In this document: positions 60,589-64,000 of the stretch, in pieces | Position numbering within the stretch: the stretch's first letter is position 1 | Layout: each line of letters opens with the position of its first letter | NCBI GenBank assembly: GCA_963733295.1 | Contig: CAVTCS010000003.1 | Location: forward strand, 2,880,001-2,944,000 | Source of the DNA: Vulcanimicrobiota bacterium | GTDB lineage: Bacteria; Vulcanimicrobiota; Vulcanimicrobiia; Vulcanimicrobiales; Vulcanimicrobiaceae | Direction of reading: 5' to 3' | Length of the DNA stretch: 64,000 bases | The notes under the pieces: model-generated | The model's database searches: none | Told to the model about the DNA's origin: nothing | The model's input: only the letters and a program-made list of their open reading frames with translations | Position numbers and translations under genes: made by a program

Positions 60589-61353
60589 CTAGAAGCCGAT
60601 GCCGAGACCCAGCTGGAGGCTCATGATATCGACGTTCGTGGGTGCGTTGACGATCGCCGTTGCGTGGTCGCCCGCGATGCCGATCGTGACCAAGCCGCGG
60701 GCCTTTCCGATATGGCCGAGCGTGTGCGCGTAACCGATCTCGTAACGCAGATACGAGTACTGCTCGCCCAAGTTGTCGACCGGGAACTCGTTCAAGACGT
60801 ACGGATAGTAGTAGAGCCGGCCGAATACCGATTGCGTGCGCTGCGTATCGGGCGGTTTCTCGACGCCGATGCCGCCGCCGACCAGAACCGGTAGTCCGGC
60901 GAGATTCGGATGATAGTAGATCGCGAGACCGACGTAGAGCGGCGTGCTCGGAATCGCGACGCCGCCGCGCTCCTCGAGGGTGTACTGGTGGTTGACGAAC
61001 GCCGGAACGAAGTGCGAGCCGCCGCCGATGTTCGCGACCTCGCCCGCGTCGTGCTGATACGCGATGTCGTAATATTGCCATGCGAGCAGCAAGCGTTGAC
61101 CGAGCACGGGAAATGTCGCTCCAACCTGAACGCCGCCCGACAGCTGCTGCGAGAAGCCGTGTGCGAACTGGTCGTTGACGGTGCCGACCGGCAAAATGTT
61201 TCCGATGACAAAGACTTGCGCGGGCGCGGGTTTCTTTTTTTGGGTCGTATCTTTGTCGTCCGCGCGGGCCGGGTACTGGGCGGCGGCCAAGACGAGGGCG
61301 AGGACGGCGCAAAGCGTTCGTGCCGCCGCGGGCCAAGAGAGGAGCCGGGTCAC
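60589..61353 (-). CDS. Putative outer-membrane beta-barrel protein, paralog of the C-terminal domain of 7589-9017
   Basis: Signal peptide (..ARA), amphipathic strands, terminal LGLGIGF, collinear similarity to the other barrel. Confidence 0.72.
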   Translation of the reverse strand: MTRLLSWPAAARTLCAVLALVLAAAQYPARADDKDTTQKKKPAPAQVFVIGNILPVGTVNDQFAHGFSQQLSGGVQVGATFPVLGQRLLLAWQYYDIAYQHDAGEVANIGGGSHFVPAFVNHQYTLEERGGVAIPSTPLYVGLAIYYHPNLAGLPVLVGGGIGVEKPPDTQRTQSVFGRLYYYPYVLNEFPVDNLGEQYSYLRYEIGYAHTLGHIGKARGLVTIGIAGDHATAIVNAPTNVDIMSLQLGLGIGF

Positions 61354-61417
61354 GGCAGCGCCTTTCGGGAGCCGTCCGCAGGTGCCTGTCCCGGGCGCGG
61401 GTATACTTCGGGCAGCC

Positions 61418-63061
61418 GTGAGCACCGCGAAGCCACCCGCTAAGCCCCTCGAAAAGTACGTCGCGAAGCGGAATTTTACGAAGACCCCCGAGCCTTCGGG
61501 TTCCGCCACGAAGACGAAGCCGGCGGCCGGAAAGCGCTTGCGCTTCGTCGTGCAGATGCATCGCGCGTCGCGCCTGCATTGGGATTTTCGATTGGAAGCG
61601 GACGGCGTCCTGAAGTCTTGGGCGATTCCCAAAGGACCCACGCTCGATTCAGGTGAGAAGCGTTTGGCGATGCACGTCGAGGACCATCCGCTCGACTATC
61701 GCGACTTCGAAGGCATCATTCCCAAAGGCAACTACGGTGCGGGCGAAGTGATCGTCTGGGATCGCGGCACGTACCGTTTGCTCGAAGGAACCGACACGAC
61801 CGAGCAGATCGAAAAGGGTTCGCTCAAGTTCGAGTTGTTCGGCAAGAAGCTGCGCGGCGGGTTCGCGCTAGTCCACATCAAGAAAGCCCGCGACGGCGAA
61901 GAGAATGCGTGGCTGCTCATCAAAGAGCGCGACGATGCGAGCGATCCCGATTGGCGGGTCGAGGATCACGCCGAGTCGGCGAAATCGGGCCGCACCCTCG
62001 CCGACCTCGCGAAAGATCCGAAGGCGCCGCACTGGATCTCGAACCGCCCCGAGTCGGCTGCGAAGCCCCGCGAGAACGCGCGACCGGCGGTCGCGAAGCT
62101 GCCGGCCGACGTGCAGGCGATGCTCGCGACACCGGTCGACCAGCCGTTCGACGATCGCAACTGGCTCTTCGAGCTGAAATGGGACGGTTATCGCGCGCTC
62201 GCCACGATCGCGCGCGACGGAACGGTGACGCTCACGTCACGCAACGGCAACGATCTCACCGCGAAGTTTCCTGATCTGGCGAATCTGGCGGAAGCGTTTT
62301 CCGAACGGCCGCTCATCGTCGATGGTGAAGTTGCCGCACTCGATGCCGAGGGACGCCCGTCCTTTCAGCGCCTGCAAGAACGGCTCGATCGCTTCGGTCG
62401 CAGTCAGCCGGAAAAGTCGCCGGTCACGTTCGTGGTCTTCGATCTGCTCTACGGAAACGGACGCGACGTTCGCAAAGAACCGCTCGAAAAGCGCAAGGCG
62501 ATGCTCGAAGCGATGCTGACCGGAAAGGGTCCGGTCATCTTCAGCAAGCACGTGCTCGGCGACGGCAAGCAGCTTTTCGAACTCGCGCGCGAGCGCGGTC
62601 TCGAAGGCATCATGGCCAAGCGCCGCGATTCCACCTATCAAGGGCGCCGCTCGCGCGATTGGCTGAAGATCAAGACCGGAAAGCGTCAGGAGTGCGTCAT
62701 CGGCGGCTGGACCGAAGGCCGCGGCAGCCGCAAACACTTCGGTGCGTTGCTCGTCGGCGTCTATGAGAAGGACGAGTTCGTCTACGTCGGATCGGTGGGT
62801 TCGGGCTTCGACGCGAAAAAGCTCGCGTCGCTGTCCAAGCGCCTCGAGCCGCTCGAGCGAAAGACGTCGCCCTTTGCGAATCCGCCGAAGACCGACACCA
62901 CGGCCCATTGGGTCAAGCCCGAACTCGTCGCCGAAGTCGCCTTTAACGAGTGGACGCGCGAGGGCCTGATGCGTCAGCCGGTCTTCGTCGCGCTGCGTGA
63001 AGACAAAGCGCCGCGCGACGTCGTGCGCGAGCTGACGAAGCATACGAAGGATGTCGCTTGA
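61418..63061 (+). CDS. ligD: LigD phosphoesterase plus ATP-dependent ligase domains
   Basis: KRNFTKTPEP, FVVQMHRASRLHWDFRLE, VEDHPLDY; ELKWDGYR, DGEV, FDLL, EGIMAK and WLKIK motifs. Confidence 0.96.
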   Translation: MSTAKPPAKPLEKYVAKRNFTKTPEPSGSATKTKPAAGKRLRFVVQMHRASRLHWDFRLEADGVLKSWAIPKGPTLDSGEKRLAMHVEDHPLDYRDFEGIIPKGNYGAGEVIVWDRGTYRLLEGTDTTEQIEKGSLKFELFGKKLRGGFALVHIKKARDGEENAWLLIKERDDASDPDWRVEDHAESAKSGRTLADLAKDPKAPHWISNRPESAAKPRENARPAVAKLPADVQAMLATPVDQPFDDRNWLFELKWDGYRALATIARDGTVTLTSRNGNDLTAKFPDLANLAEAFSERPLIVDGEVAALDAEGRPSFQRLQERLDRFGRSQPEKSPVTFVVFDLLYGNGRDVRKEPLEKRKAMLEAMLTGKGPVIFSKHVLGDGKQLFELARERGLEGIMAKRRDSTYQGRRSRDWLKIKTGKRQECVIGGWTEGRGSRKHFGALLVGVYEKDEFVYVGSVGSGFDAKKLASLSKRLEPLERKTSPFANPPKTDTTAHWVKPELVAEVAFNEWTREGLMRQPVFVALREDKAPRDVVRELTKHTKDVA

Positions 63062-64000
63062 AAACTGCCCAGCGCACGACGCGCAACGTGGACGTCGGTG
63101 GCCGCACGCTCGTGATTTCGAACGAAGCAAAAGTGCTGTGGCCCGAGGACGGTTACACGAAAGGCGACCTGATCGCGTACTATCGCGCGGTGGCGCGTTG
63201 GATCGTTCCGCACCTCGAGGACCGGCCGCTCACCGTCGAGCGCTATCCCAACGGCATCCACGAAGGTTCGTTCTTCGAAAAAAACGCGCCGCGCGGTTTG
63301 CCTGACTGGATTCCGACGGTTGCCGTCGCGACCGAGAGCGGACGCCGCAGCGAAACGCACTTCCCGCTCTGCAACGACGAACCGGCGCTGGTTTATTTCG
63401 CGAACCTCGCCGCGATCGTGCTGCACGTGTGGACTTCGCGCGCCGGCTCGCTCGACGTGCCGGACTTCGTCTTCTTCGATCTTGACCCCGGTGAGGGATG
63501 TACGCTCGCGACCCTGGCCAAGACCGCCCTCGGCCTTCGCTTGGCGCTGCAAGAGATCGGGCTCGCGCCGCTGATCAAGACCTCGGGCGGCTCGGGGCTT
63601 CACGTGCTGGTCCCGCTCGCCCCCAACTACACCTATGAGATCGCCAAGCAGTTTGCCGAGCTCGTCGCCCGCACGTTAAACGGCCGGATGCGCGAGCTGA
63701 CGACCCTCGAGCGGATGCCCGCGAAACGGCCCAAAGGGACCGTTTACCTGGACTACGTCCAAGTCGGTATGGGTAAGACTTTAGTCGTCCCCTACGGCGT
63801 GCGGGCCCGCGCGGCGGCCCCCGTCTCCTACCCGCTCGAATGGTCCGAAATCGAGGCCATGAGCCGCAAACGGGCCAAGGCCACGGAGGGTGAATTCGAG
63901 CGTTTTACAATCAAGAACGTCCCGGGATTGCTGGCGAAACACGGAGACCTCTGGGCCGGTGCCGGGTGGAAAGAACAGCGTCTGGAACCTGCGCTGAGCA
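63058..64000 (+). CDS. LigD primase-polymerase domain protein (truncated by the window end)
   Basis: Frame from TTG 63058: ISNEAKVLWP..YTKGDL..ERYPNG..FFEK..FDLDPG..KTSGGSGLH..YLDY; no stop before the edge. Confidence 0.92.
   Translation, partial: MKTAQRTTRNVDVGGRTLVISNEAKVLWPEDGYTKGDLIAYYRAVARWIVPHLEDRPLTVERYPNGIHEGSFFEKNAPRGLPDWIPTVAVATESGRRSETHFPLCNDEPALVYFANLAAIVLHVWTSRAGSLDVPDFVFFDLDPGEGCTLATLAKTALGLRLALQEIGLAPLIKTSGGSGLHVLVPLAPNYTYEIAKQFAELVARTLNGRMRELTTLERMPAKRPKGTVYLDYVQVGMGKTLVVPYGVRARAAAPVSYPLEWSEIEAMSRKRAKATEGEFERFTIKNVPGLLAKHGDLWAGAGWKEQRLEPALS

Overview
High-GC bacterial chromosomal window, densely coding and mostly housekeeping. Main blocks: a GT2/GT9 (LPS core-type) glycosyltransferase array running into aspS; a peptidoglycan-peptide recycling-like trio; 6S RNA; rpiB-glyA-upp-dCMP deaminase-wecA/tagO-wecB followed by a complete F1Fo operon with two b subunits; gluconokinase and a sugar-acid MFS split by a HipBA islet; murA-mreB-tsaC-lptA-rarA-iscS; ytxG/ytxH-rsbV-rsbW-sigB-type genes; alaS; serA with a histidine-phosphatase-type phosphoserine phosphatase; three GT-C-like membrane proteins; a prolyl oligopeptidase; and a split LigD running off the right edge. 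Firmicutes-like gene order combined with outer-membrane genes suggests a diderm Terrabacterium, possibly Eremiobacterota/Vulcanimicrobiota (inference only). I found no CRISPR, tRNA, rRNA, transposase or prophage gene. The best candidates for something undescribed are: (i) a protein with a copper-amine-oxidase-N-like domain, a 21-proline linker and a beta-barrel, plus a barrel-only paralog, which could be an OmpM-analogous outer-membrane tether; (ii) a cytoplasmic C39-like peptidase sitting where a gamma-D-Glu-mDAP amidase is expected; (iii) two small ORFs missed by the ORF track, one beside a hairpin that covers the alaS start; (iv) three genes that appear to use ATT/ATC/CTG starts. Four +1 frameshifts in the first 9 kb are most likely sequencing errors. 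All family assignments come from motif recognition, not database searches.
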